Part shown: in pieces, positions 55,259-64,000 of the stretch
How the letters are laid out: each line of letters begins with the position of its first letter
Numbering within the stretch: position 1 is the first letter of the stretch
Assembly (NCBI GenBank): GCA_964391185.1
Contig: CAYMIX010000004.1
Location: 48,088-112,087, forward strand
Direction of reading: 5' to 3'
From: an uncultured Candidatus Peribacteria bacterium
Lineage (GTDB): Bacteria > Patescibacteriota > Gracilibacteria > Peribacterales > Peribacteraceae
Length of the DNA: 64,000 bases
Notes under the pieces: model-generated
What the model saw: only the letters and a program-made list of their open reading frames with translations
Databases searched by the model: none
What the model was told of the DNA's origin: nothing
Made by a program: the position numbers and the translations under genes

Positions 55259-56929
55259 ATGTCGGGTCTCGCACATAATGGAGAGAAGAGGCGTTTAGCG
55301 ATCTATATACGTGTTTCTACGCAGGAACAGAAGATGGATGGATATGGATTGGAAGCACAGGAAAAGCGTCTGACTGACTATGTAGAGAAGAATGAGGGTC
55401 TAGGGTTACAAACCAAGAAACAATGGCTCTACACGGACGTACATACGGGCAGTGACCTTAGCCGTGATGGACTCAATCGCTTACGAGAAGACGTGCGTGC
55501 TGGGAAGTACGATGCTGTGCTTGTGTGGAAGATTGACCGCCTTTCACGCAGCCTCAAGCACCTTCTCACGATCTTTGAAGAGTTTCAGAAGCATGATGTG
55601 AGCTTTATCTCCATTCAGGAGAACATTGATTTTCGTGGACCTATAGGAAACCTCATTTTTCAGATATTCGGTGCAATCGCACAGTTCGAGCGCGAACTTA
55701 TCAAAGGCCGCACACAGATGGGACGTATTGCCTCTGCGGAAATGGGGAACTTTACGGGTACGAACATTCCCTACGGGTACAACAAAGTGCCGAACGAACG
55801 AGGTAAGGGCAGCAAGCTTGTTCTCATCCCAGCAGAGAAGAAATGGGTCGAACAAATCTACAAATGGTACATCTATGAAGATATGGGTGATGGACAAATA
55901 GCAACGAGGCTCAATGAACTCAAAGTGCAGAAAACCAATCACAAGCGTACGAGCAGAGCGAGTATGGAATGGACGCACATCATGGTGCGTACCATCGTCA
56001 CAAACCCTCTCTATCGGGGCGAGTTCGTTGCCAATAGAACCGATGAAATGAATACGATTCTTCCTGAAGATCAGTGGACCCTCGTAGCCATTCCAGCATG
56101 TGTTTCAGAGTTCACCTTTCTGCAAGCGCAGGAAGCGCGCAAACAGCGTGTAAGCAATATTGCTGGTACAGAGTACCTTCTGAGCGGAAAGCTGGTGGAT
56201 ATGGACCTAGAAAGGCCTAAGCGATTCGTGGGAGCTAAGCGGTACAAGGGAGGGTTCAGCTATCGCCGCAAACAATTCGACAAAGGCGGTAAGCACTATC
56301 CCGTGTTCGAGATCGCAGGGCAGCAGATGGAAGATTTTGTGTGGGATAAGATTGTTGAGGCTTTGAATGACCCTCAAGCATTCATCAAGCACTACCTGAG
56401 CCGTGAACATGCAGACCCAAGCCGCATTGATATGTTGCAGCAGCAACTTTCAACGCTGCGTGAACGCAAAATGAATAATGATCTCGCTATTGCTCGAATC
56501 GAGAATGCATACGAAGAGGGCAGGTACTCACAAGAAAAGATGGAAGAGAAGGTAGTTGAGCGAAACAAGGAAAATGTGGAGATCGAAATGAAGGTGCAGG
56601 AAACAGAGGATCAACTCGCCATTATCAGTAGCCATGAAATCCAAATCGAAAAGCTCGAAGAAATTTCAAAGCAGACGAAAGAAAACCTCAAAAACTATGA
56701 TAGGAGGCAGAAGAAAATCATGTGCCAGCTACTTATTGAGCGCGTCGAAATGAGCAGGCGCAAGGTTCACGGACGCTGGAAAACCCACGGACAGGTGGTC
56801 TTCCATTTCAACCTCAACAAGTTTGAGAGGGAGGTAGATATGGGTAGAACCGTGAAAAAGCTTGTGCAAAACGTAAAGTCGAGATCAAGACCGAAAATTG
56901 ATGTAGATGGTGGGCGACGGCAGACTTGA
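55259..56929 (+). CDS. Large serine recombinase (resolvase/invertase catalytic domain + recombinase domain + coiled coil)
   Basis: LAIYIRVSTQEQ (catalytic Ser), VWKIDRLSRS, FGAIAQFERELI. The last 7 codons and TGA lie inside the tRNA-Ile gene (antisense). Confidence 0.9.
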   Translation: MSGLAHNGEKRRLAIYIRVSTQEQKMDGYGLEAQEKRLTDYVEKNEGLGLQTKKQWLYTDVHTGSDLSRDGLNRLREDVRAGKYDAVLVWKIDRLSRSLKHLLTIFEEFQKHDVSFISIQENIDFRGPIGNLIFQIFGAIAQFERELIKGRTQMGRIASAEMGNFTGTNIPYGYNKVPNERGKGSKLVLIPAEKKWVEQIYKWYIYEDMGDGQIATRLNELKVQKTNHKRTSRASMEWTHIMVRTIVTNPLYRGEFVANRTDEMNTILPEDQWTLVAIPACVSEFTFLQAQEARKQRVSNIAGTEYLLSGKLVDMDLERPKRFVGAKRYKGGFSYRRKQFDKGGKHYPVFEIAGQQMEDFVWDKIVEALNDPQAFIKHYLSREHADPSRIDMLQQQLSTLRERKMNNDLAIARIENAYEEGRYSQEKMEEKVVERNKENVEIEMKVQETEDQLAIISSHEIQIEKLEEISKQTKENLKNYDRRQKKIMCQLLIERVEMSRRKVHGRWKTHGQVVFHFNLNKFEREVDMGRTVKKLVQNVKSRSRPKIDVDGGRRQT

Positions 56930-56984
56930 ACTGCCGACCTCGACATTATCAGTGTCGCGCTCTAACCAGCTGAGCTAGCCGCCC
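56908..56984 (-). tRNA. tRNA-Ile (anticodon GAU), CCA encoded
   Basis: Reverse complement: gggcggc/gtcgccc acceptor, cgaca-CTGATAA-tgtcg, ggcag-ttcaagt-ctgcc. Confidence 0.9.
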
Positions 56985-57109
56985 ATTGTTTTCTTCATGG
57001 GCTCTCGCCCATACAAAACGCTCCTTTTAGGAGTAGGGAGAGAGTAGGCAGAAATGCCCCATAGGTCAAGGTAACGAGGCATCAGGGTGGGGATACGCCG
57101 GAGAACCAA

Positions 57110-57134
57110 AAAAAGCGCCTTTCGGCGCCTTTTA
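57110..57134 (-). terminator. Intrinsic terminator (aaaaggcgccgaaaggcgcttttttt on the minus strand)
   Basis: GC stem and T-run just downstream of the Ser-rich gene. Confidence 0.65.
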
Positions 57135-57156
57135 CGTTTCAAGATGATAGTCAGGC

Positions 57157-57720
57157 TTAGTTCGAGCTAGAAGAGCTGCTCATGGAGGAGCTCATGGAGC
57201 TGGACATAGCGCTGCCGGAGCTAACGGAAGAAGACTTCGAAGAACGGCTAGAAAGACCGTGCCGGTTTGCTTTCATAGGTTCTAGGTGGCGGCGGATAAG
57301 CTTTTTGATGACCTTCTTTTCTACGTGCTCCATTTTCTTCTCTACTTTCTGCTTAACGATTGCTGTGCGGAGGCAGACAGCTTTTTCTGTGCCTGTCTTG
57401 TCCTTGCACGCCGCAATGCGCTCGTGAGCAGCGGCGCTCATGCGTGGAGTTTCCTTCTTTTCTTCTTTTTTACCCTTGAGCTCTTTGACCATGCACATCA
57501 CTTTGTCCAAGCCTTTCACATCGGCACATGGGCCCGTCATATAGTTTGGTGTCGACTTCCAGCTGCTTGCAGCAGAGGACATCATGGAAGATGATGACGT
57601 AGAAGTGGAGGATACGGACATTGCTGATGACGATGACATGCTGCTTGCGCTCTGGGCCATTGCTGGCATTGCAGACATCAGCATGGAGAGCCCGACCATG
57701 AGAGAAACTGATTTATTCAT
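57157..57720 (-). CDS. Secreted protein with poly-Ser/Met low-complexity ends and a Lys/Glu/Cys core
   Basis: Signal peptide ..SAMPAMAQS, runs of S at both ends, four Cys in the core. Confidence 0.6.
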   Translation of the reverse strand: MNKSVSLMVGLSMLMSAMPAMAQSASSMSSSSAMSVSSTSTSSSSMMSSAASSWKSTPNYMTGPCADVKGLDKVMCMVKELKGKKEEKKETPRMSAAAHERIAACKDKTGTEKAVCLRTAIVKQKVEKKMEHVEKKVIKKLIRRHLEPMKANRHGLSSRSSKSSSVSSGSAMSSSMSSSMSSSSSSN

Positions 57721-57796
57721 AGGAAAAAATGGGGAAAGAGACAACCCGTGAACTCTACCATAAAGGAAGCTGTCCAGAACTTGCTTTTTTATAGAA

Positions 57797-58723
57797 TTAT
57801 TTCTTTTTATACATATCAGTCACACTCTCTCTGTTTTCAATGTGGCGAATAACCTCTGCAAGTAATGGGGCAATGGGAAGGACGGTCAGCCCTGGGAAGG
57901 TGTGGCGAGGTGGAATGGTGTCCGTGACAACTACTTCGGCAAATTTTGCCGCAGTTAAGCGTTCTATCGCTGGCCCAGCAAACACAGCGTGCGTGGCAGC
58001 AACATAAATCTCTGGGTTTGCTCCGCGCTTGAGGAGGTTGTCCTTGGCAGTGACCAACGTTCCCGCAGTATCAATCATGTCATCAAACAAGATGCACGTG
58101 CGACCTTCTACGTGTCCGACTACCTCGGTTACTTCAGCCTGATGATGACCACTGCGAGTTTTGTGCATGATCGCAAGGTCAGCACCCATTTGGTCGGCGA
58201 ACTTCTTCGCCTGCTTAGCTCCGCCAATATCAGGGGAGACGACGACAGGTTTGTCGAGTTTATTTGCGAAGTATTTGGCAAAAATAGGTCGTGCGTCGAG
58301 CACATCGACGGGAACAGAGAAGAATCCCTGAATCTGGTCGGAGTGAAGGTTCATCGTAATAATGTGGTCTGCTCCAGCTTTTTCGAGGAGCATTGCCATC
58401 AATTTTGCAGATATTGGTTCGCGGGGTTCACTCACACGATCCTGACGTGCGTAGGGGAAATATGGGAGAATCACGTGTACACGAGAAGCAAAGCTCAACT
58501 TGGCCGCCTGACACATAAGGAAGAGCTCAAAAAGGTCATCGTGTGGGTTTACGCCTGTTGCCTGGAGGAGGTACACGTCCTTTCCACGAACAGACTCTTC
58601 GTAACGCACATAGCACTCCCCAGAGGCGAAACGCTTGAGGGTAATCTTGCCCAAATCGATGCCTAACTCCTTACCAAGGCTAGTGCTGAGGGCCGGATGG
58701 GATGTTCCTGCAAAGATGTGCAT
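57797..58723 (-). CDS. prs: Ribose-phosphate pyrophosphokinase
   Basis: NLHSDQIQGFF, VVSPDIGG, DDMIDTAGT PRPP loop. Confidence 0.9.
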   Translation of the reverse strand: MHIFAGTSHPALSTSLGKELGIDLGKITLKRFASGECYVRYEESVRGKDVYLLQATGVNPHDDLFELFLMCQAAKLSFASRVHVILPYFPYARQDRVSEPREPISAKLMAMLLEKAGADHIITMNLHSDQIQGFFSVPVDVLDARPIFAKYFANKLDKPVVVSPDIGGAKQAKKFADQMGADLAIMHKTRSGHHQAEVTEVVGHVEGRTCILFDDMIDTAGTLVTAKDNLLKRGANPEIYVAATHAVFAGPAIERLTAAKFAEVVVTDTIPPRHTFPGLTVLPIAPLLAEVIRHIENRESVTDMYKKK

Positions 58724-58744
58724 TTGTCTGTACTATTATAGCAG

Positions 58745-59299
58745 ATGCACGTCCGTTTCTCCACCGTCGCTGGGTTGCCCATTGTCGAAGAAGAACGTGA
58801 GCAACATGTGGCTTCTATGAGCGGAATACTCATACATCCCGATATGGGCAAAATTGAGGGTTTTTTCGTGACAGTTCCGGCATTTTTACACACAACAGAA
58901 CTCTTCCTTCCTACCGTCGATATCCAACATTGGGGTAGTAGGGTGCGTATTCGGGATGCAGACACGCTTTCGCCATTGGACGATTTAGTACGTTTACAAA
59001 CATTGGCTGAAGAACGTCGCACTGTTATCGGTCAGCGCATTATTACTGAAGGCGGAGCGGTGTTGGGTGTGTGTCGAGATGTGCAGTTTGATACGAAGAC
59101 CTTCATGCTTGAGTGGTTATTTCCCAAAAAATGGTTCCGTTGGCAGCGGCCGATCCCTATTTCGTCTGTGGTTCTTGTTCGCACAGATGCGATAGTTGTA
59201 CGAGACGCAGTAACTATCCCAGAAGTAGTAACGGGTCCATCGGTACTAGAAACATTGGATCCACTGGGAACGACGACGGCATCGAGATCTGCTGAGTAG
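58745..59299 (+). CDS. Hypothetical protein with two PRC-barrel-like segments
   Basis: GLPIV..E....G.I.G..I and G.R.ITE.G..LG.C.DV.FD patterns; weak. Confidence 0.4.
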   Translation: MHVRFSTVAGLPIVEEEREQHVASMSGILIHPDMGKIEGFFVTVPAFLHTTELFLPTVDIQHWGSRVRIRDADTLSPLDDLVRLQTLAEERRTVIGQRIITEGGAVLGVCRDVQFDTKTFMLEWLFPKKWFRWQRPIPISSVVLVRTDAIVVRDAVTIPEVVTGPSVLETLDPLGTTTASRSAE

Positions 59300-59302
59300 T
59301 TT

Positions 59303-59367
59303 GTGTGTCACCCTGCCTGCCGGGCGTAGCTCGCAAGCGGAGACTGGAGCCCGACGAAGGACGACAC
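59303..59367 (+). repeat. Extended REP-like element (gtgtgtcaccctgcc...gagcccgacgaaggacgacac)
   Basis: Read directly between convergent genes. Confidence 0.55.
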
Positions 59368-59393
59368 AAAAAAGCGGAGCCGAAGCCCCGCTT
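59368..59393 (-). terminator. Intrinsic terminator of the pilin gene (aagcgggg-cttcgg-ctccgctt + tttttt on the minus strand)
   Basis: Stem, cttcgg loop and T-run read directly. Confidence 0.7.
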
Positions 59394-59416
59394 AGTAGCA
59401 TCGATACATTCAGTAC

Positions 59417-59809
59417 TTATGCGCTCACCTCGCCTGCGAGGTACACCGTGACCAAGCTCACGATGACGCGAGCAAAGAGAACAACAACGAGACCGACGAT
59501 AGCGTAGAGAATCGTCTTCTTTGCTTTGTCCTTCTGTTCATCTTCACCCTGGGAAACAATAAGGCGGATACCAGCGATGATGATAATAATAACGGCAATA
59601 AGTGCGAGGAAGTTCAAGATCGCAGCGAGAATATCGACGATCACTTGGCGAACATCATCCGGGCTGCTTGCGTCTGGAAGACCTCCGATATCTGGAGATT
59701 CACCAGCGAAGTCGTTCGTACCCTGTGCGAATACAGTGGAAACGTAAGCTGCAGACATCATGCTTGCGACTGCGAGCGAGCGTCCTGCTTTTTTCAAATT
59801 TTGGATCAT
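59417..59809 (-). CDS. TrbC/VirB2-like pilin paralog 4
   Basis: Start moved to ATG 59809 (MIQNLKKAGRSLAVASMMSAAYVSTVFAQG signal); AGIRLIVSQGEDEQKDKAKKTILYAIVGLVVV module. Confidence 0.7.
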   Translation of the reverse strand: MIQNLKKAGRSLAVASMMSAAYVSTVFAQGTNDFAGESPDIGGLPDASSPDDVRQVIVDILAAILNFLALIAVIIIIIAGIRLIVSQGEDEQKDKAKKTILYAIVGLVVVLFARVIVSLVTVYLAGEVSA

Positions 59810-59957
59810 AGAGGGAAAGGAAGGAAGCCGTGAGCCACTCGTCCTTCGGACTTGGGTACACGGTGCGGACTCAGTGTCATCTAAGCGTGCACATGGTGCA
59901 AGATCTTTGGGGGACATCGCGTTGACGGAACGTCTATGTTTGTATCCGGTGACTAAT

Positions 59958-60074
59958 GAAATCCGAATTTCGAAACTCGAAATCCGAGACAATCACGAAT
60001 TGTTTAAAGTTTCAGAGTTAAAAATTCTTCATTCATATTTGTTTCGAGGTTCGGATTTCGTGTTTCGGGTTTCG
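59958..60074. repeat. MITE-like palindromic element, CGAAATCCGAA family, copy D
   Basis: gaaatccgaatttcgaaactcgaaatccgagacaa ... ttgtttcgaggttcggatttcgtgtttcgggtttcg. Confidence 0.75.
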
Positions 60075-60635
60075 TCAATCTTTTTCTGTATTTAAGAATC
60101 CAACAACCAGCAAAAGAATTGCTGGCAAACAAAACCACACATTTTGATAATCGACCATCGCATGTACGAGTGTGCTGTTTTGTAAGAGTGGTTGCAGCAA
60201 CGGCGCTTGCGCAAGCGTGCTATCGAGTAATGGCTTCGCTGCAATGTATGTAAGGAGTCCACACAGTAACAGACCAGATGTCACAAATCCGAGTGCTCCG
60301 GTGACAATTGGTTCCCATACACCATTGAGATCCTTCGCGTATTCCATTTCAAATCCACCTTTTATTGCGATAAAGATAATCATTGCGGTGAACAGCACGA
60401 GTTTGATGATGGAGATTACGTCCATGCTGAGGCCAAAGCCGAGCATATCGAGCATTGATGCTGATTGTCCGTTGAGCATCTCCAATAAATTGCCGATCGC
60501 CTGTACAGAAACTATCGAGATATAGGACGCAATGATGATTTTTACGGATTCATCTTTTCCAACAATAAAACTGTACGCGACGACTATCGCAAAGAAAATA
60601 ATAACTATTAAGTCCCAAGTGAGTGAAATCTCCAT
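60075..60635 (-). CDS. Polytopic membrane protein (CvpA-like by impression)
   Basis: N-terminal W.DLIVIIFFAIVVAYSFIVG pattern and 4-5 helices. Confidence 0.45.
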   Translation of the reverse strand: MEISLTWDLIVIIFFAIVVAYSFIVGKDESVKIIIASYISIVSVQAIGNLLEMLNGQSASMLDMLGFGLSMDVISIIKLVLFTAMIIFIAIKGGFEMEYAKDLNGVWEPIVTGALGFVTSGLLLCGLLTYIAAKPLLDSTLAQAPLLQPLLQNSTLVHAMVDYQNVWFCLPAILLLVVGFLNTEKD

Positions 60636-60656
60636 TGGAATGTATCGTACCGAAAA

Positions 60657-60774
60657 AAAATCTAAATTCTAAGCACTAATTCTCTAATTAAGCACTAATA
60701 ACATAATTTCAAAAAGTTCTTCCAAATTAGAACTTAGGATTTATTTAGAGAATTAGAAATTAGAACTTAGGATT
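60657..60774. repeat. AT-rich palindromic MITE-like element of a second sequence type
   Basis: aaatctaaattctaagcactaattctctaattaagcactaat ... attagaacttaggatttatttagagaattagaaattagaacttaggattt; internal duplications; overlaps the tsaD stop. Confidence 0.65.
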
Positions 60775-61795
60775 TAATAGCATCTGTAAGTGGAACTGAC
60801 GCTGCAGTTTCGAAAGAAGAATAAGCGTCATCACCAAGTTCTTCTGTCATGAAGTACGCAGCTGCTCCAATCATCGCTGCATTATCAGTGCAGTAGCCAA
60901 GGGTATGTGGCACACGCATCACACGATCGGGCAACGCGTCTTTGAGCATCGCACGCAGTCGTGTGTTTGCAGAAACTCCTCCGACGACGTGTACCTCGCG
61001 GATCTCTGGATACTTTTCAATCGCCTTAAGAACACGATCAATAAGGTGACGCGCGATGGCATACTCGAATGAAGCCGCGAGATTCGAGAGATGAGTTTCG
61101 AGTGGAGCATTGAGATCTCTGACTGTGTAACGCAGCGACGTCTTGAGTCCGGAGAAGCTGTAATCCAGCGTGTCTTCTTTTGTGAGTGGCAGTGGGAATT
61201 CAAACGCTCTCGCATCACCATCTTTTCCTGCAGCGGAAATTGCTGGTCCACCAGGGTAAGGGAGCCCGAGCATCGAGGCACCTTTATCGAATGCTTCGCC
61301 CGCGGCGTCATCGCGCGTGCGCCCAATCAGCTTTCCCTTGGTGTGACTCGTGCGAAGCCACAAGTCCGTGTGTCCACCGGATGCCGAGAGCGTGAGGATT
61401 GGAAACATCGGCAGATCTTCTTCTGTGGTCCCTAACCATGTGGAGCTCAAGTGTCCAAGGGTGTGATGCACGCCTATGAGTGGCTTGTTCCAGATGTGTG
61501 CTACCGCGCGCGCCGTCACAGTTCCTACTAAGAGTGACCCGAGCAGTCCCGGTCCACGTGTAACGGCGACTGCATCAAGTTCATCATGGCCAGCAATCAC
61601 GCCATCCATAGCTTGGTGCAGCACAGGCAAAATGCATTCCACTTGTCTGCGAGCAGCATCTTCGGGGATAACGCCCCCAGTCGATTCGAAAAACTTACGC
61701 GAGGTGGCAATCACATTGCTGCGCACATGCACGCCATTTTCAACGATCGCAATGCTCGTTTCGTCGCACGATGATTCGATAGCGAGGATCTTCAT
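60767..61795 (-). CDS. tsaD: tRNA N6-adenosine threonylcarbamoyltransferase TsaD
   Basis: ILAIESSCDETS, GVHHTLGH metal site, GGVSAN. Confidence 0.9.
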   Translation of the reverse strand: MKILAIESSCDETSIAIVENGVHVRSNVIATSRKFFESTGGVIPEDAARRQVECILPVLHQAMDGVIAGHDELDAVAVTRGPGLLGSLLVGTVTARAVAHIWNKPLIGVHHTLGHLSSTWLGTTEEDLPMFPILTLSASGGHTDLWLRTSHTKGKLIGRTRDDAAGEAFDKGASMLGLPYPGGPAISAAGKDGDARAFEFPLPLTKEDTLDYSFSGLKTSLRYTVRDLNAPLETHLSNLAASFEYAIARHLIDRVLKAIEKYPEIREVHVVGGVSANTRLRAMLKDALPDRVMRVPHTLGYCTDNAAMIGAAAYFMTEELGDDAYSSFETAASVPLTDAIKS

Positions 61796-61833
61796 TTGGT
61801 TGCGGCATGATACAGAACCTTTATATTCCTCGC

Positions 61834-62787
61834 ATGAGGAAGACGAATATCTTGTTTCTGACCCGGAAATGGTCAGGCTTTGGCGGAATGCAGCGTTTGA
61901 GCCGAGATTTGTCGTATCAGATCAAGAAGCACTACGGTCAACGTCCCTTCTTTACATTGCCTACACACATTCATATTGGTGATGCTTCACTGATCGTTCC
62001 AGGACTCATTCTTCGATTCTTTCTTAGGGCAAAGCTCAGTGTTACCGCATGTGGTCTCGATGTTATTTATCCAGCAGGTTGGTATCAGTGGATGATTCGT
62101 TGTTATCTTAAGAAAGCGGATCGCATTGTGTGTATTAGCGAAGCTACTGCTGAAGAAGTTCGACGTCGAGGCGTATCGAATGATCGCATCGTTGTTATCC
62201 CGTGCGGTATTGATGATGAATTGCCCATGAAGATGGCCCCTGCGGATCCAAACCTACTCGTCACCGTTGCTCGGCTGGTTCCTCGCAAGGGCATCGCATG
62301 GTTTATCGAAAACGTATTGCCGATTGTTCGTCAGTCGCATCCAGATGTTCGGTACATCGTTATTGGTTCGGGTCCAGAAGAATCGAATATTCGCGAAGTC
62401 ATTAAACGTACGGGGCAAGCATCATGTGTTGAGATAAAAACTGACTGTGATGACCATGAACGTGATGAGATTGTTTCGCGTGCTGCGATTTTTGTTGTGC
62501 CAAATATTCCCATCAAGAATGACATGGAAGGGTTTGGTATCGTGTGCCTCGAAGCGTCATCACATGGGATCCCAATTATTGTTTCGCGATTGGAAGGATT
62601 GAAAGATGCAGTACTCGAAGGCGAGACAGGATTATTTTTCGAACCACTGAATGCGAAAGATTGTGCAGAAAAAATGAATGAAGTGTTTGGTCGTGCAGAT
62701 GATTGCACTCTTGTAATCAATCGTATTCGCAGTCACTTCGGATGGAGTAAGATTTTCCCGCGCTATCAGGAACATGTCTTCATCTGA
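61834..62787 (+). CDS. Glycosyltransferase family 4
   Basis: Start at ATG 61834; EGFGIVCLEASSHGIPII (E-x7-E region). Confidence 0.8.
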   Translation: MRKTNILFLTRKWSGFGGMQRLSRDLSYQIKKHYGQRPFFTLPTHIHIGDASLIVPGLILRFFLRAKLSVTACGLDVIYPAGWYQWMIRCYLKKADRIVCISEATAEEVRRRGVSNDRIVVIPCGIDDELPMKMAPADPNLLVTVARLVPRKGIAWFIENVLPIVRQSHPDVRYIVIGSGPEESNIREVIKRTGQASCVEIKTDCDDHERDEIVSRAAIFVVPNIPIKNDMEGFGIVCLEASSHGIPIIVSRLEGLKDAVLEGETGLFFEPLNAKDCAEKMNEVFGRADDCTLVINRIRSHFGWSKIFPRYQEHVFI

Positions 62788-63820
62788 AAAAAAGATTGGC
62801 CTCGTTGCATGGGATTATTTTTCGCCGAAAGGTGGAATGGGACGATCGCTCAAATGGATTGTAAAAACTCTTGAGCTGTCAGGTTTCAGCTGTCAGGTTT
62901 CAGCGCCATCAAGAAAAATTCAGGGAGGTCAGATTCTATTTTCATTTCTGCTGCCATTCACTCTTGATAAATGGATTCGCCAGAACTCTATCGGTCGACT
63001 GGTGTTGCCTGTCGGCCCAGGTGGAGTTTTCCTTTTAAGAAAGACATCAATTCCAGTCGTATCAATTGTGTATCACACGTACCTTCAGCAATCACAATTA
63101 GTTCCAGGACAATGGTGGAAAAAAATATTTATTCCATTCGAACGTCGTACATTGAAGATGTCGCAGAAAATTTTGTGTTTTGCAGCGGATACAAAACGAG
63201 TGCTGATTCATGATCACAACATTCTAGAAGATCGTATTGAATTACTTCCACACGCGATTGATATTGATGCGTGGAATTATTCTGGTGAAAAAGATAATCG
63301 ATTGTGTGTGTGCGTTGCGCGATTGGAAAAAAGAAAAGGTGTCGATGTATTAATGCATGCATGGCCGTTGGTTATACAGAAAATTCCTGATGCAACATTA
63401 ATAATTGTTGGCAGGGGAGTGATGGCGAAGAAGATCGACTCAATGAAAATTTCATCCGTCACACGTCATGACTCGATGGATCAAAAAGAATTGCAGTCTC
63501 TCGTTGGGCGCGCAGCGATTGCACTGTGTCCTGCGTACCTCGAAGGCTTTGGTCTCGCCGCCGCAGAAGCGATGGCCGCAGGAACACCAGTGATAGCATC
63601 GGACACTGATGGCTTGAGAAATCTCGTCGATGAACATGCAGGGGTACTTGTTCCTGCTGGCGATGCTGAGAAATTGGCCGAAGCGATCGTTGAACTATTA
63701 AAAGATGATCAATCGCGAAAGAATAAAGGTGTGTATGCGAAGGCAATTTTCAAAAAGAAGTGTGATCCCATTACTTCAGCAGACCAGCTTGTGGTGGCGA
63801 TGCAAGACATCACAGCATGA
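62774..63820 (+). CDS. Glycosyltransferase family 4
   Basis: EGFGLAAAEAMAAGTPVIASD; overlaps the previous gene by 14 nt. Confidence 0.8.
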   Translation: MSSSEKKIGLVAWDYFSPKGGMGRSLKWIVKTLELSGFSCQVSAPSRKIQGGQILFSFLLPFTLDKWIRQNSIGRLVLPVGPGGVFLLRKTSIPVVSIVYHTYLQQSQLVPGQWWKKIFIPFERRTLKMSQKILCFAADTKRVLIHDHNILEDRIELLPHAIDIDAWNYSGEKDNRLCVCVARLEKRKGVDVLMHAWPLVIQKIPDATLIIVGRGVMAKKIDSMKISSVTRHDSMDQKELQSLVGRAAIALCPAYLEGFGLAAAEAMAAGTPVIASDTDGLRNLVDEHAGVLVPAGDAEKLAEAIVELLKDDQSRKNKGVYAKAIFKKKCDPITSADQLVVAMQDITA

Positions 63821-63851
63821 CGGAGATCTCAGGACGTCGTACACTGTTCTC

Positions 63852-64000
63852 ATGGCAAAGCGTGCGAAGCGGTTATCACAGAATCAGAAACTTCTTCTCG
63901 GAGGGGTATTGCTTTTGCTTCTCGTAAAATTCTTCCTCCCATTTTTCCTCTACGACACGCCACTTGGGTACGATGCGGGAATTTACAGATATCTCTTCGT
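63852..64000 (+). CDS. N-terminus of a membrane protein (runs off window end)
   Basis: Own translation MAKRAKRLSQNQKLLLGGVLLLLLVKFFLPFFLYDTPLGYDAGIYRYLF... Confidence 0.45.
   Translation, partial: MAKRAKRLSQNQKLLLGGVLLLLLVKFFLPFFLYDTPLGYDAGIYRYLF

Larger units (their letters stand above)
50954..56918. mobile_element. ~6-kb integrative island at the tRNA-Ile 3' end, bounded by 11-bp direct repeat tggtgggcgac (50954-50964 and 56908-56918)
   Basis: The repeat equals the antisense of the last 11 nt of tRNA-Ile including CCA. A serine recombinase sits at the tRNA-proximal end. The left repeat begins 7 nt after the stop of the flanking hydrolase gene. Confidence 0.7.

Noticed and set aside
57989-58666. 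225-aa + strand ORF
   Set aside because: It is antisense to prs, which carries all the PRPP synthetase motifs.
24820-60774. Possibility that the recurring short repeats form a CRISPR array
   Set aside because: The copies are scattered over 35 kb as single palindromic units at gene ends or inside CDS. They have no regular repeat-spacer periodicity, and no cas genes are present.
1-64000. Alternative genetic code (UGA recoding, as in some candidate phyla)
   Set aside because: TGA terminates well-conserved proteins at their expected ends and takes part in ATGA stop-start overlaps (28201-28204, 41948-41951). No conserved gene requires read-through.

Overview
64-kb bacterial chromosomal window, densely coded and mostly housekeeping. 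The gene content suggests a small Patescibacteria/CPR-like genome, though this is inference only: several TrbC/VirB2-like pilin paralogs plus a VirB4-like ATPase, a compact Mur/FemAB peptidoglycan set, and many short secreted or membrane hypotheticals. The standard code appears to apply, since TGA works as a stop in ATGA gene overlaps. I call about 75 CDS and 7 tRNAs: Lys-UUU, Arg-CCG, Gly-GCC, Gly-CCC, Met/Ile2-CAU, Leu-CAA and Ile-GAU, all with genome-encoded CCA. I see no rRNA and no CRISPR array. Main observations: (1) A ~6-kb integrative island sits at the 3' end of tRNA-Ile (50954-56918), bounded by an 11-bp direct repeat. It carries a large serine recombinase whose last codons and stop lie inside the tRNA gene. 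Its cargo is an overlapping two-gene module of unknown role: a PEP-utilizing ATP-grasp plus swivel-His phosphotransferase and a SEC-C-motif protein. This is my best candidate for an undescribed system. (2) A decayed sibling element sits at tRNA-Lys (6056-7606), with a 12-bp direct repeat and a recombinase C-terminal remnant in the mirror-image arrangement. (3) There are at least three families of short palindromic REP/MITE-like repeats. Several copies lie in frame inside conserved genes (FemAB-like, alpha/beta hydrolase, PP-loop MurL-like protein) or supply gene termini. (4) Other unusual genes: a PRMT-type arginine methyltransferase homolog, a MurF-type ligase whose N-terminal domain is replaced by a polytopic membrane domain, a murD gene coupled to a PP-loop gene (possible MurD2/MurL route), a CuA-motif cupredoxin lipoprotein, a PUR-like protein, and a candidate small RNA or leader. 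All functional calls rest on motif recognition by eye. No database search or folding program was available, and start codons are often uncertain.
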